A stretch of DNA of 64,000 bases, taken from the NCBI GenBank assembly GCA_044229975.1, contig JBGARZ010000002.1, forward strand, positions 224,001 to 288,000. Reading direction: 5' to 3'. Shown here in pieces: positions 11,568 to 21,200 of the stretch. This DNA is from Polyangiales bacterium. GTDB lineage: Bacteria; Myxococcota_A; Polyangia; Polyangiales; Ga0077539. The translations under genes were made by a program, and so were the position numbers. Numbering within the stretch: position 1 is the first letter of the stretch; each line of letters starts with the position of its first letter. The notes below the pieces were generated by a model. It made no database searches. It was given only the letters and a program-made list of their open reading frames with translations, and was not told the DNA's origin.

Positions 11568-13097
11568 TCAGACCGGCGGAACCATGTGGTGCTTGCGGGG
11601 CCGCGACTGCCGCTTGCCCGCGAGCCGGGCGAAGCGCCGCGACAGCTCGCCGCGCAGGCCCTCGAAGGGCACCACCGCGTCGATGACGAGGTCGTTCGCG
11701 AGCTTGTAGAGGTCCACGTCCTCCCGGTACTCGGCGCGCAGCTTCTGCACGTACGCCTCCCGCTCCGGGCCCTCCGCGACCTCCTGGATCTTGTTGAAGT
11801 ACACCGCGTTGACCGCCGCGCTCGGGCCCATCACGGCGATGGACGCCGTCGGCAGCGCGAGGCACGCGTCGGGCTCGAAGGCCGGCCCGCACATCGCGTA
11901 GAGCCCAGCCCCGTAGGCCTTTCGCACCACCACCGAGAGCTTCGGCACGCGCGCCTCGCTCACGGCCGCGATCATCTTGGCGCCGGCCCGGATGATGCCG
12001 TCGCGCTCGACCTTGGTGCCGATCATGAAGCCCGGCACGTCGGCCAGGTACAGCAGCGGGATGTTGAACGAGTCGCACAACCAGATGAAGCGCGCGGCCT
12101 TGTCGGCGCTGTCGACGAAGATGACGCCGCCCTTGTACCAGGGCTGGTTGGCCACGATGCCCACGGGCTTGCCGTCGATGCGCGCGAAGGCGGTGATCAT
12201 CTCCTGCGCGAAGAGCTTCTTCACTTCGAGGAGGGAGTCCTTGTCGACGATCTCCCGGATGAAGTGGAACATGTTGAAGGGCTTGTTCTCATCCACCGGG
12301 ACGATCTGCTCCAGCGTCTTGCCCGTGGCGTCGGGCGCCACCGGCTCGACGACCGGCGCGGCTTCGTCGAAGTTCTGCGGCATGTACGCGAGGTAGCGCT
12401 TCGCCCACGCGATGGCCTCGTCCTCGGACTTCACCAGCACGTCGCCGCACCCGGAGACCGAGCAGTGCATCTTTGCGCCGCCCATCTCTTCGAGCGTGAC
12501 CTTCTCGCCGATGACCATTTCGGCCATGCGCGGCGAGCCCAGGTACATGGCCGCGTTGCCCTCGACCATCACCACGACGTCGCAGAACGCCGGGATGTAC
12601 GCCCCGCCCGCGGCGCTCGGCCCGAAGAGCAGGCACACCTGCGGAATCTGCCCCGACATCTGCACCTGGTTGTAGAAGATGCGCCCCGCCCCACGGCGCC
12701 CAGGGAACATCAACACCTGGTCGGTGATGCGCGCCCCGGCCGAGTCGACGAGGTAGAGCAGCGGGCAGCTCAGGTCGCGCGCGATCTCCTGCACACGCAG
12801 GATCTTCTCGACGGTGCGCCACCCCCACGACCCGGCCTTGACCGTGGAGTCGTTGGCCATGATCGCCACGGTGCGGCCGTTGACGGTCGCGGTGCCGGTG
12901 ACGACGCCGTCGGCGGGCAGGTCGGGGTCGGTGTTGTTGGCGAGCGCCGCGTCTTCCTGGAAGGACCCGGCGTCGATGAGGCGGGCGATGCGCTCGCGGG
13001 CGAAGAGCTTACCGTCCTTGGTATTCTTCGCGTGGTACTTCTCCGCCCCGCCGCGCTCGACGCGGGCGACGACCTGCTTCAGGCGTTCGTCTGACAT
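11568..13097 (-). CDS. Acyl-CoA carboxylase carboxyltransferase beta subunit (methylcrotonyl/propionyl-CoA type)
   Basis: ARERI, DGVVTG, DSAGARI, AGGAY, EEMGGA, DVPGFMIG, RKAYGAG. Confidence 0.92.
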   Translation of the reverse strand: MSDERLKQVVARVERGGAEKYHAKNTKDGKLFARERIARLIDAGSFQEDAALANNTDPDLPADGVVTGTATVNGRTVAIMANDSTVKAGSWGWRTVEKILRVQEIARDLSCPLLYLVDSAGARITDQVLMFPGRRGAGRIFYNQVQMSGQIPQVCLLFGPSAAGGAYIPAFCDVVVMVEGNAAMYLGSPRMAEMVIGEKVTLEEMGGAKMHCSVSGCGDVLVKSEDEAIAWAKRYLAYMPQNFDEAAPVVEPVAPDATGKTLEQIVPVDENKPFNMFHFIREIVDKDSLLEVKKLFAQEMITAFARIDGKPVGIVANQPWYKGGVIFVDSADKAARFIWLCDSFNIPLLYLADVPGFMIGTKVERDGIIRAGAKMIAAVSEARVPKLSVVVRKAYGAGLYAMCGPAFEPDACLALPTASIAVMGPSAAVNAVYFNKIQEVAEGPEREAYVQKLRAEYREDVDLYKLANDLVIDAVVPFEGLRGELSRRFARLAGKRQSRPRKHHMVPPV

Positions 13098-13163
13098 GGC
13101 GGGTGCCGTACCCCAACCCTCGCGGCGACCGCAAGGGTTGAGGGCGGCCGAGGAGGCAGGCGA

Positions 13164-15650
13164 TCAGAAGAGCTGCACCGAGCGGGCGAACGCGATGCGC
13201 AGGCCGACGGTGGCGTCGTGGCCCAGACCCCAGTCCTGGCCACCGAAGGTGCGACCGTACAGGTCGTACCCGAGCGTGAGCTGGAGCGGGTTGAAGAGGG
13301 GAATGGAGAGCCGCCCCGACGCGCGGATGATCTGGTTGTCGATGCCGCCCGGATCGCTGAGCGTGTACTCGATGGAGAACCCGCCATCGATGTTGCGGCC
13401 GCCGATGGTGAACAGCGTGCCGGGGCGCGCAACGAGCGAGCCGACGATCGCGAACTCGGGCTTGGAGCCGGTGACCTGGGCCGGCGCCAGGGCGTCGATC
13501 CAGTTCATACCGGCCGTGAGGTTGAGGGTCATGCGCTCCAGCAGCTCGAAGCGCGCACCCAACGTCGGGCGCAGCGTGAGGTGGTGGAAGTCGGGGTCGC
13601 GCGGCGTGGGCGGGCCGTCGATCTCGGTCTCGACGTAGCCCACCGCCACCGGCAGCGGGTGGTACCACTTGCGCGTCCCGCGGAACCAGCGCCACGCCAC
13701 CGAGGTGTTGTACGAGATGAGGTCGAGGTTCTCGTCGAAGGAGCCCCGCGTGGGGTTCATCATCGCCGGGGTGCCCATCGCGGGCGCCGGGGTGACCGCC
13801 GCGCGGCCATACTGGAGCCGCAGGCCGTTGTCCCAGGTGAAGTAGGGGTTGTCGGCGTCGGCGCGCACCAGCGAGTCGATGCGGAGGTTCATCGACTGCG
13901 CGCGCGAGAGCTGCGGGTCGGAGTACGTCGTGGGAAACGCGTTGTTGCCCGCGATGGTCGTGGAGCTGAACCCGATGTCCGTGGTCCAACGGAAATTCCA
14001 GCGGGTGTGGTCGGCGGGGTCGCGCGGCGCATGGGTGATGTCCCCCGTCCGCGCCGTGCGCAGCCAACCGAGAAACAGCTCCTGCGCGCTCGTCTCCTGG
14101 TAGCGCTCGAAGACCACGCCGTCGCCCACGCCGCCGTCGCCACCCGTGGCGATGTAGCCCGTGGTGATGATGCGGTACTGCTGGGCCTCGTCGATGAGCC
14201 GGCCGTTGACCTTCACGACCCCTTCGGCGACCGTGATGCCGCGCAGGTAGAAGCCCTCGGCGCGCGCCGCGAGCGCGAGCGTCTTGAGCACGGCGCCGGT
14301 CACCCGCGAGACGTGCAGCGAGTCCTCGAAGGGCAGCGCCGCCGCGATGGACAGCGGCGTCACGCTGCCGCGCAGCGGGAAGAGCCCCGCGGGCGACTTC
14401 ACGGCCCCGCGGTTGATGATCGCGACGTCCGCCTCGGCGGAGTCGCGCAGCACATCGAGGAAGAGCCCGGCGAACGCGTCGCGCGAGAGCTCGGCGTCGA
14501 GGTGACCGCCCGCGAGCGGCTGCGCGTACGTGCTGCACAGCCATTGCCGGGTCGAGTTGACGAAGCTCGTCACCACCTCGGGCGCCGCCCCGCTGCGCGC
14601 CGCGCGGCTCACCCGCGTGGCCGACGGCTCCAGCACCACCGCGTTGCCGCTGCGCGTCGACACGATCGGCACGCCGGAGCGCGCCGTCTGCACCGCCGCC
14701 GTGCCCGCCGGGAGGTCGTGCACCACGATCACGTCGGGGCCCTGCCCCGGCTCGAAGGCCTCGGCCACCTGAAGCCCCTGCTCCAGCTCGTGTCGGGGGC
14801 GCGGATCGATGATCACGACCACGTGCATCGCGCCCGCCGAGCGAGCCGCCGTCACCGCGCGCGGAACCGCCTCGTCGAGCGGGTCGAGCGTGAGACCCTC
14901 CGCGCGGTTGCGCGCCAGCGAGTCCCGCCACGACGGGTCGACCATGGAGATGAGCGCCACGCGGCCGGCCGGGGAGTCGAAGGTCACCGGCGCGTCGTCG
15001 GCGTCCTCCACCACCTCGCAAAGATCGTGGTGCGCCGCATCGCAGTGCAGGTTGGAGAGGACGTGACGCAGGTTGCGCGCTCGCAGCGCGCGAAGCCCCG
15101 CGACGATGGGCGCCCGATCGGCCGAGAGGTCACGGTGACCGAAGGCCATCACGCGGATGCCGCTCGCCTCGACGGCACGCACGAACGCGTCGACGTCGTG
15201 CTGCACCGTGAGCCGCGTGACCGCGGACGGACCGAGCAGGTCACCCGCGTCGAAGGCCAGGGTCTCGGGCTCGGCGGCGAGCTGCGAGGCCACCGAGGCG
15301 AAGGCCGTCACGGGCGGGTCGTCGCCACACACCACGGGGCTGAACTGTCCGTTGATGCCCGCGGTGATCGCGATGCGAAACGGCGGCGGCGCCGGAGGGG
15401 TCAGCGGCGGCGGCGGGGTCGGGGCGACCTGCGCGGCGGGGTCGGGGGTCACCTGCGCGGCCGGGGTCACCTGCGCGGCGGGCCCCGTCGGCGGACGGGC
15501 CGGAGCGACGACCGGGCGCGCGGGCAGCGCTGGACGCGCGGGGGTGGTCGGCGGGCGCGCGGGCTGCGCGAAGGCTACCGACGTCATCGACAGCAGCGAC
15601 AGCACCGCCGCTCCACACGAACCTCTCCATTGTCCCATTGGTTCTCTCAT
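13164..15650 (-). CDS. Exported 5'-nucleotidase-like protein with C-terminal putative outer-membrane beta-barrel
   Basis: Signal peptide ending AFA, Pro-rich linker, DAGDLLG, ADVAIINRGAV, LPFED, YRIITTGYIATGGDG; C-terminal amphipathic strands ending in Phe. Start 15650 or 15638. Confidence 0.6.
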   Translation of the reverse strand: MREPMGQWRGSCGAAVLSLLSMTSVAFAQPARPPTTPARPALPARPVVAPARPPTGPAAQVTPAAQVTPDPAAQVAPTPPPPLTPPAPPPFRIAITAGINGQFSPVVCGDDPPVTAFASVASQLAAEPETLAFDAGDLLGPSAVTRLTVQHDVDAFVRAVEASGIRVMAFGHRDLSADRAPIVAGLRALRARNLRHVLSNLHCDAAHHDLCEVVEDADDAPVTFDSPAGRVALISMVDPSWRDSLARNRAEGLTLDPLDEAVPRAVTAARSAGAMHVVVIIDPRPRHELEQGLQVAEAFEPGQGPDVIVVHDLPAGTAAVQTARSGVPIVSTRSGNAVVLEPSATRVSRAARSGAAPEVVTSFVNSTRQWLCSTYAQPLAGGHLDAELSRDAFAGLFLDVLRDSAEADVAIINRGAVKSPAGLFPLRGSVTPLSIAAALPFEDSLHVSRVTGAVLKTLALAARAEGFYLRGITVAEGVVKVNGRLIDEAQQYRIITTGYIATGGDGGVGDGVVFERYQETSAQELFLGWLRTARTGDITHAPRDPADHTRWNFRWTTDIGFSSTTIAGNNAFPTTYSDPQLSRAQSMNLRIDSLVRADADNPYFTWDNGLRLQYGRAAVTPAPAMGTPAMMNPTRGSFDENLDLISYNTSVAWRWFRGTRKWYHPLPVAVGYVETEIDGPPTPRDPDFHHLTLRPTLGARFELLERMTLNLTAGMNWIDALAPAQVTGSKPEFAIVGSLVARPGTLFTIGGRNIDGGFSIEYTLSDPGGIDNQIIRASGRLSIPLFNPLQLTLGYDLYGRTFGGQDWGLGHDATVGLRIAFARSVQLF

Positions 15651-15737
15651 CTCCTCGATTGGTTGATCCGCTGTCCCTTGGCAGGACACCCAGACATTGC
15701 CGCGGAGCCCCCCCAACGGAGGCCCCCCGCCTTCCAT

Positions 15738-16538
15738 TCACTCGCCGCGATACACCGGCTTGCGCCCCTCGCTGAACGCCGCCAGCGCCTCGCGTCGGTC
15801 ACTCGACACCAGCGTCTTCTCGTAGCAGCGCGCCTCCAGCAACAAGCCCTCCGCCAGGTCGAGCTCGGCCCCGCCGTCCACGGCCTCCATCGCCGCCGCC
15901 AGCGCGATGGGCGCCCCCGCCGCGAGCGGCGCCGCCACCCGCTTCGCCGCCGCGAGCGCGCTCTCTCCCGGGTTGGCCAGCGCGGTCACGAGCCCGTGCG
16001 CCAGCGCCTCGTGCGCCGCGTAGCGCCGGGCCAGCAGGATCATCTCCTTCGCGCGCCCGACGCCCACCAGCCGCGGCAGTCGCTGTGTCCCGCCCGCTCC
16101 GGGGATGATCGCCAGCGACGTCTCGGGCAGGCCCACCACGGCGCTCGCTCCCGCGACCCTCAGGTCACACGCCAGCGCCAGCTCGAAGCCGCCACCCAGC
16201 GCCACGCCCTGGATGGCCGCGATCACCGGCTTGGGACACGCGTCCACCGCCCCGAAGCTCTCCCGATACAATCCCAGCAACGCCCGCACGTCGTCTTCCG
16301 ACATGCCCTGGCGTTCCTTCAAATCAGCGCCCGCGCAGAACGCCTTCTCCCCCGACCCGGTGAGAATCACCACCCGCACGGCGGTGTCGGCGCTCAGCGC
16401 GCGAAACACCGCGCCGATTTCCTGGAGAAGTACCCTGGAGAGGGCGTTCATGCGCTCGGGGCGCTGGAGGGTGACGACTGCGATGGAGCCGTCGTGTTCG
16501 AGGGAGAGCGCGGTGTACGGCGGCGTCGCGGCGGTCAT
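15738..16538 (-). CDS. Enoyl-CoA hydratase/isomerase (crotonase family)
   Basis: AFCAGADLKE, GVALGGGFELALACD, PETSLAIIPGAGGTQRL. Confidence 0.93.
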   Translation of the reverse strand: MTAATPPYTALSLEHDGSIAVVTLQRPERMNALSRVLLQEIGAVFRALSADTAVRVVILTGSGEKAFCAGADLKERQGMSEDDVRALLGLYRESFGAVDACPKPVIAAIQGVALGGGFELALACDLRVAGASAVVGLPETSLAIIPGAGGTQRLPRLVGVGRAKEMILLARRYAAHEALAHGLVTALANPGESALAAAKRVAAPLAAGAPIALAAAMEAVDGGAELDLAEGLLLEARCYEKTLVSSDRREALAAFSEGRKPVYRGE

Positions 16539-16568
16539 GTCCGCCGCGGAGTACCGGAATCGCCCGTT

Positions 16569-17753
16569 TCAATCAAGCCAGGAATCGCCCCGCTTGCCGC
16601 GCAGCTTCTGCGGGATGTACTCCTCCGTGATGAAGCGGATGCCGCGCGAAGACAGAGCCTCCAGTTCGTACTTCTTCTGCGTCTTCTTCATCAGCTGCAG
16701 CTCCTCCTGCCAGCGCTTCGCCGCGAACCAGTCGTAGCGGAGCAGCTGCTCGATGCGCGAGCTGTCCTCGTCCTTCAGCGCCATCGACACGTTGGCCTGC
16801 AGGTTGAACTTCTCCGCGTCCGAGCTCATCAACCCGAGAAAGCGCGCCTGCGGGACGGCCATGCGCATCGACTCGTACGCGAGGTTGATGCTCCCCTGCT
16901 TGATGACCGAATAGATGTAGAAGCCCCACGGGTCGTTGTCCGTGAGCACGTACACCGGGAGCTTCAGCTCGTCGTGCATGCGCCGGAGCAGACGCCGCGT
17001 GCCGCGCGCCGCCATGCCGCTGCCGTGCAGGAGCATGCAGTTGTTCTTCTGCCAGAAGCGGTCTTCGTTGAGGCGCGCCCACACGGCGCCCTTCTCGATG
17101 AAGAGGATGTACTCCGCCTCGCTCTTCATGAACTCGATGCGGTTGTCCTCCACGATGCTCGGGATGCTCCACCCGCCCGACCCCATGCGCCGCAGGTCGA
17201 TGGTGTCGCCCGTGTCGCGGATGGTCATCGGGCCCACCATCGCGCCGCGGTTCTCCGCGCGCAGGTGCAGCTCCTCGCGCAGCGCGTCGATGGTCACCTC
17301 CAGGTCTTCGATGATCGGGTCGCTCTCGGCCTGCTCCTCGAAGGTGTTCTCCTTGGTGCCCGCGACCGAGTGCTTGGCGCCGTAGTAGATGTCGCGAATC
17401 GACGTCGTCGCGCCTGCCTCGATGAGCTTCTTGCAGTGCTCCGCGATCAGGAACGTCTGCATGAACAGCTTCGCCTGCTTCAGGTGGAAGAAGTTGCGCG
17501 ACTGGCGCGACTCCCCCAGGCGAATGAGCCCCGCGTCCTGGTCGAAGCTCACGTTCGACAGCGCGCGCACCGGGATGCTCAGCGCCGGGTTCTTCCCCCG
17601 CCGCACCTCCGCCAGCGCCGTAAACGCCAGGTCGGTGATCTTCTGCAGCGTCACCTTGTCGCGCTCGCCGATCACCACGGCTTCGCCCGACCCGCTCTCC
17701 GTCGCCGCGCGCGCCGCCGTCTCGCCCGCCGGTGCCTTCTTCTTGGTTGCCAT
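16569..17753 (-). CDS. top6A: DNA topoisomerase VI subunit A (Spo11-like)
   Basis: Catalytic Tyr motif SIRDIYY, QAESDPIIEDLE, Toprim IEKGAV and DNDPWG, C-terminal KYELEAL. Confidence 0.92.
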   Translation of the reverse strand: MATKKKAPAGETAARAATESGSGEAVVIGERDKVTLQKITDLAFTALAEVRRGKNPALSIPVRALSNVSFDQDAGLIRLGESRQSRNFFHLKQAKLFMQTFLIAEHCKKLIEAGATTSIRDIYYGAKHSVAGTKENTFEEQAESDPIIEDLEVTIDALREELHLRAENRGAMVGPMTIRDTGDTIDLRRMGSGGWSIPSIVEDNRIEFMKSEAEYILFIEKGAVWARLNEDRFWQKNNCMLLHGSGMAARGTRRLLRRMHDELKLPVYVLTDNDPWGFYIYSVIKQGSINLAYESMRMAVPQARFLGLMSSDAEKFNLQANVSMALKDEDSSRIEQLLRYDWFAAKRWQEELQLMKKTQKKYELEALSSRGIRFITEEYIPQKLRGKRGDSWLD

Positions 17754-17758
17754 GGCGA

Positions 17759-19792
17759 CTACTGCTTCCTTCCGGGCTTCGACCGAACCTTCAGCACCAA
17801 CTGCCTGCCGCCTCCGGGCGTCACGTCTTCAAAGGGGTTTCCCTCCCCTTCATCGGACAACTCCGGCGGTGGCGTCGACGGACGCGCCTCCACCTTCGGC
17901 GCCTCGGACTCCACCATGTCACCCGTCGCGCTCTCCGCTCCCTCCGCCGCAGGCGCGGCGCCCTCCACGGTCGGCATCGTGATGCGCACGTGGTTGGGCA
18001 GCGCGTCGGTGAAGTCCTTGAGCACGCTCTCCTCGGACACCTTCGTGATGCTGTGAATCGAGGCCGACAGCTCCACGATGTACTTCTCGAACAAGCTCTT
18101 GCGCTGCGTCTCCCAGCGCTCCGCCTGCTGCGCCTTCACCCACGTCCCGAGCTTGCGCCCGCACTCCATCAGCGCGAGCCGGATCTCCCGCACCACCTCG
18201 TCGTAGTGCGCGACGGCCTCCTTCGCCTCGCTCGTAAACGGCACCCACACGCTCGCCAGGTGCACGAAGATCGCCAGCGGGCCGACCGGCAGCTCGCCCT
18301 TGCGCTGCGACAGCCCGTACGACTTCCAATCGACCTTCAGCACCGCCTCGTGAATCGCGCACGCCCGCGGCTGGTACAGCAGCGGAACCCGATTGGCGAA
18401 GCGCAGCACGTCGGCCGAGTCTTCTTTGGACAACGTTCCGCCAAAGGCCACGCCCGCCTCCACCACGAAGGGATTGCCGCGGTACACCGCCGGCGGCCGT
18501 GTGTGCGACGTGAAGAACTCCCCTTTGAAGCGGCGCTTCAAGCCCTCCATGATGAGCGCCTCGCCCACCGGAACCACGCACGTCGCGGGCGGTGGCAGGA
18601 TCTTCACCTGCGAGCGCGCCATCGTCTCGTAGATCTTCTCGACCATCGTCGGCGTCGACAGCTTCGCCTTCTGCGTCGGCTCCAAGCCCGAGTTGCGCAG
18701 GATCAGATCCGCCAGCGACGCGCTGAACCCCGTCCCCTCTTCCAACAGCTCTTCGCGCAGGTTGGTGTCGGACTTCGCCAGCTTGCTCGCCAGCTTGCGC
18801 GGCGGCGGTAGCGCCGCGTTCGACGCCACCATCGCGGCGTGCAGCGCCTCGATCTTCGCCGCCTCTGCCTTCGGCGCCTGCGAGTCGGGGTTGAGGTCCG
18901 CGCGCTTGCACAGCTCATCGGCGACCGCCGACGTCACCCGCGAAAACTCCTCCATCAGCGTCGCGCGCACCGTGCGCCGCCCCGCCTCGTGCAGGATCTT
19001 GATGAGCATCCCGAGCTCGACCCCGTGCGGGTGCGGCTTGATCTCCTGCGCCTCGGGCGGGAGAAATTCGCTCACCCGCGGGTAGTGCACCGCCGCACCC
19101 TTCGGCGGCTTGTACGTCAGCTCCAGGTGGGGATTGGCCACCACCGTCTGCTCCAGGTACGCGTCCACCGACGTGCGACCGCCACGGTACAAACCCGTGA
19201 GCTCGATCTCGACGGACGTGCCGTGATCCTTCTCCCACGGCGACGTGTCGTTCTTGTCATTGAGCTGCTTGGGCTCGTTGGTGCGCGAGTCGATGCGCAC
19301 CTCCACCCGCCACGCGGGGCGACCCTTGCCGATCTTGCTCACCACCACCACCGGGCGGCCCGTCGTCAGGTGGCCGTACATGCCCGCCGCGCTGATGCCG
19401 ATGCCCTGCTGCCCTCGCGACTGCCGCAGCCGGTGGAACTTCGATCCGTACAGCAGCTTCGCGAAGATCTTGGGGATCTGCTCCTTCACGATGCCGGGGC
19501 CGTTGTCCTCGACGCGCACGCGGTAGCGGCCGTCGGAGACCTCCTCCACGGTGACCTCCAGCGTCGGGAGGATGCCCGCCTCTTCACAAGCATCGAGGGC
19601 GTTGTCGACCGCCTCCTTGATGGTCGTGAGCAGCGCCTTCGCGGGGTTGTCGAAGCCCAACAGGTGGCGGTTCTTCGTGAAGAACTCGCTCACCGAGATG
19701 TCGCGCTGCTTGGCGCCCATCGCCTCGGCGCTCGACCGGCGCCCCGCTGGCTTGGGGGCGTCGGTGTCCTGGACCACTGCTTCCGTCGTCAT
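17759..19792 (-). CDS. top6B: DNA topoisomerase VI subunit B
   Basis: SVSEFF, GHKL motifs KEAVDNALDA, DNGPGI, LYGSKF, SRGQQGIG; transducer RFANRVPLLY and VPFTSEAKEA. Start moved to ATG 19792. Confidence 0.93.
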   Translation of the reverse strand: MTTEAVVQDTDAPKPAGRRSSAEAMGAKQRDISVSEFFTKNRHLLGFDNPAKALLTTIKEAVDNALDACEEAGILPTLEVTVEEVSDGRYRVRVEDNGPGIVKEQIPKIFAKLLYGSKFHRLRQSRGQQGIGISAAGMYGHLTTGRPVVVVSKIGKGRPAWRVEVRIDSRTNEPKQLNDKNDTSPWEKDHGTSVEIELTGLYRGGRTSVDAYLEQTVVANPHLELTYKPPKGAAVHYPRVSEFLPPEAQEIKPHPHGVELGMLIKILHEAGRRTVRATLMEEFSRVTSAVADELCKRADLNPDSQAPKAEAAKIEALHAAMVASNAALPPPRKLASKLAKSDTNLREELLEEGTGFSASLADLILRNSGLEPTQKAKLSTPTMVEKIYETMARSQVKILPPPATCVVPVGEALIMEGLKRRFKGEFFTSHTRPPAVYRGNPFVVEAGVAFGGTLSKEDSADVLRFANRVPLLYQPRACAIHEAVLKVDWKSYGLSQRKGELPVGPLAIFVHLASVWVPFTSEAKEAVAHYDEVVREIRLALMECGRKLGTWVKAQQAERWETQRKSLFEKYIVELSASIHSITKVSEESVLKDFTDALPNHVRITMPTVEGAAPAAEGAESATGDMVESEAPKVEARPSTPPPELSDEGEGNPFEDVTPGGGRQLVLKVRSKPGRKQ

Positions 19793-19968
19793 GGGGGCGT
19801 CTGCTCCGTCGCGGTTTTCTCTGGAGATCAACGGGTCATCCCGGCGTCTTGAACGCCCATTCGAGTAGAACTTCACTGAACATGCGTCAAGTTCCCGAGG
19901 GAGCTGCGGCGCACGCGAGGGAGGGGCCGTCTGTCACGCGATCCCCGAGAAATCCAGCCAGTTGCACA

Positions 19969-19985
19969 GGGACATTCCCTGTCCC
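19969..19985 (-). terminator. Possible stem-loop just downstream of dcd
   Basis: GGGACA-TTCCC-TGTCCC inverted repeat; no strong U-tract. Confidence 0.3.
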
Positions 19986-19993
19986 CTCGCGAC

Positions 19994-21148
19994 TCAGCGC
20001 TTGAAGCGCAACGGGAGCTGCGAGGTGTCGTCGTCGTCATCGGGGAGAAACTGCTTGCTGAGACGCAGCCGTTGACCCTGGTAGTGCGACCGCAATCCCC
20101 GCCCGTAGAGCTCGTCGGGCGCCGCGTGGTTGCGCAACAGGATCACCCGGAAGAGATGGTTGCCCTCGTCGACGTGGAAGGGCACGTCGCGCCCTCGCAC
20201 TTCGAGCACGACGGCGGCGGCGGCGGCTCCCTTGTCGTCGGCCGCGATGTAGCCGAAGCCCGAGTCGAAGAAGCCCGCGTAGTGGGTCCGCACCTCGCCC
20301 GCGCCCGCGTCAAACGGAACCATCTCCGCGCACACCGACGGCGGCAGCCGCACCAGCTCGTTGGAGCGCAGGATGTAGAACTCGTCGGGCTCCAGCAGCA
20401 GCGGCTCGGAGGGGCGGTGATAGATGCGCTCCCAGAAGTGCGAGATGCGGTGCTTGCCGCGCAGGTCGATGGCGCCGGTGTTGCGCTTGGCGCGGTACCC
20501 GATGGTCCCCTCCGACGAGAGGTCGACGGACATGAACACGCCCTCCTCGACGCGCAGGTTCTGGTCGCCGAGCGGGAGGCGATCGCGCGTGACGAAGACG
20601 GGCTCGCTGGCGAGCAAAGAGCGGGTCTCCTGGTCGTCGAGCATCGGGTTGCCGACCATGAAGCGAAGCTGCGCGAGGCTGTCTCCCTCCCGCACACGAA
20701 CCGGGAACGACCGCGGCACGACTTCGAGGTAGATGCGACCTGCGAAGCCGGGCGGGATGTCGTCGAAGGAGGTTCCGTTTTCGGTGACGAGGCGGCAGAA
20801 GATGTCGAGTCGGCCGGTGCTGCTCTTGGGGTTGGCGCGTGCGCGAACGCCGACCGGGAGCTTGAGCGATTCGAGGAGGGGGAAGAGGTAGACGGCGTTG
20901 CGTTCGAGCACGACGCCGTCGGGGCCCGCGTCGACGGGGTAGATGCCGAAGCGACGCAGGCGACCGTCGACGCCCTCGCGACCGGGGAGGAAGCTGCACT
21001 GCACGCGGGTCCCGGCGCGACCGATGCGGAGGTCGATGCTGTTGGGTTGTACCTGCGTCGACTCGACGGGACGCTCCGCCACGACGGTGCCGTCCGTGAG
21101 CGCCTGCCGGATCCACTGGGAAGGGAGAACACCGCCGCGCTCGCTCAT
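19994..21148 (-). CDS. dcd: 2'-deoxycytidine 5'-triphosphate deaminase (long, two-domain type)
   Basis: QVQPNSIDLRIG, ARANPKSSTGRLDIFCR, LEPDEFYIL, HYAGFFDSGFG, YQGQRLRLSK. Confidence 0.88.
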   Translation of the reverse strand: MSERGGVLPSQWIRQALTDGTVVAERPVESTQVQPNSIDLRIGRAGTRVQCSFLPGREGVDGRLRRFGIYPVDAGPDGVVLERNAVYLFPLLESLKLPVGVRARANPKSSTGRLDIFCRLVTENGTSFDDIPPGFAGRIYLEVVPRSFPVRVREGDSLAQLRFMVGNPMLDDQETRSLLASEPVFVTRDRLPLGDQNLRVEEGVFMSVDLSSEGTIGYRAKRNTGAIDLRGKHRISHFWERIYHRPSEPLLLEPDEFYILRSNELVRLPPSVCAEMVPFDAGAGEVRTHYAGFFDSGFGYIAADDKGAAAAAVVLEVRGRDVPFHVDEGNHLFRVILLRNHAAPDELYGRGLRSHYQGQRLRLSKQFLPDDDDDTSQLPLRFKR

Positions 21149-21200
21149 CGCGCGGGACCCTCCCATGGGCGCGCGAATCACCTGCAATTTACGGCAAAAC

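Noticed and set aside
15661..15737. Regulatory RNA upstream of the nucleotidase-like gene
   Set aside because: Only short imperfect GC hairpins, with no match to a riboswitch I recognise
13218..18056. 1612-aa plus-strand ORF and similar long antisense ORFs (e.g. 54678-57515, 30935-33106, 20072-22180)
   Set aside because: Shadow ORFs typical of high-GC DNA: Arg/His/Ala-rich, and overlapping well-supported genes on the opposite strand
19994..21148. Anti-phage dCTP deaminase
   Set aside because: Motifs match the housekeeping dUTPase-fold Dcd, not the kinase plus zinc-dependent deaminase defence type
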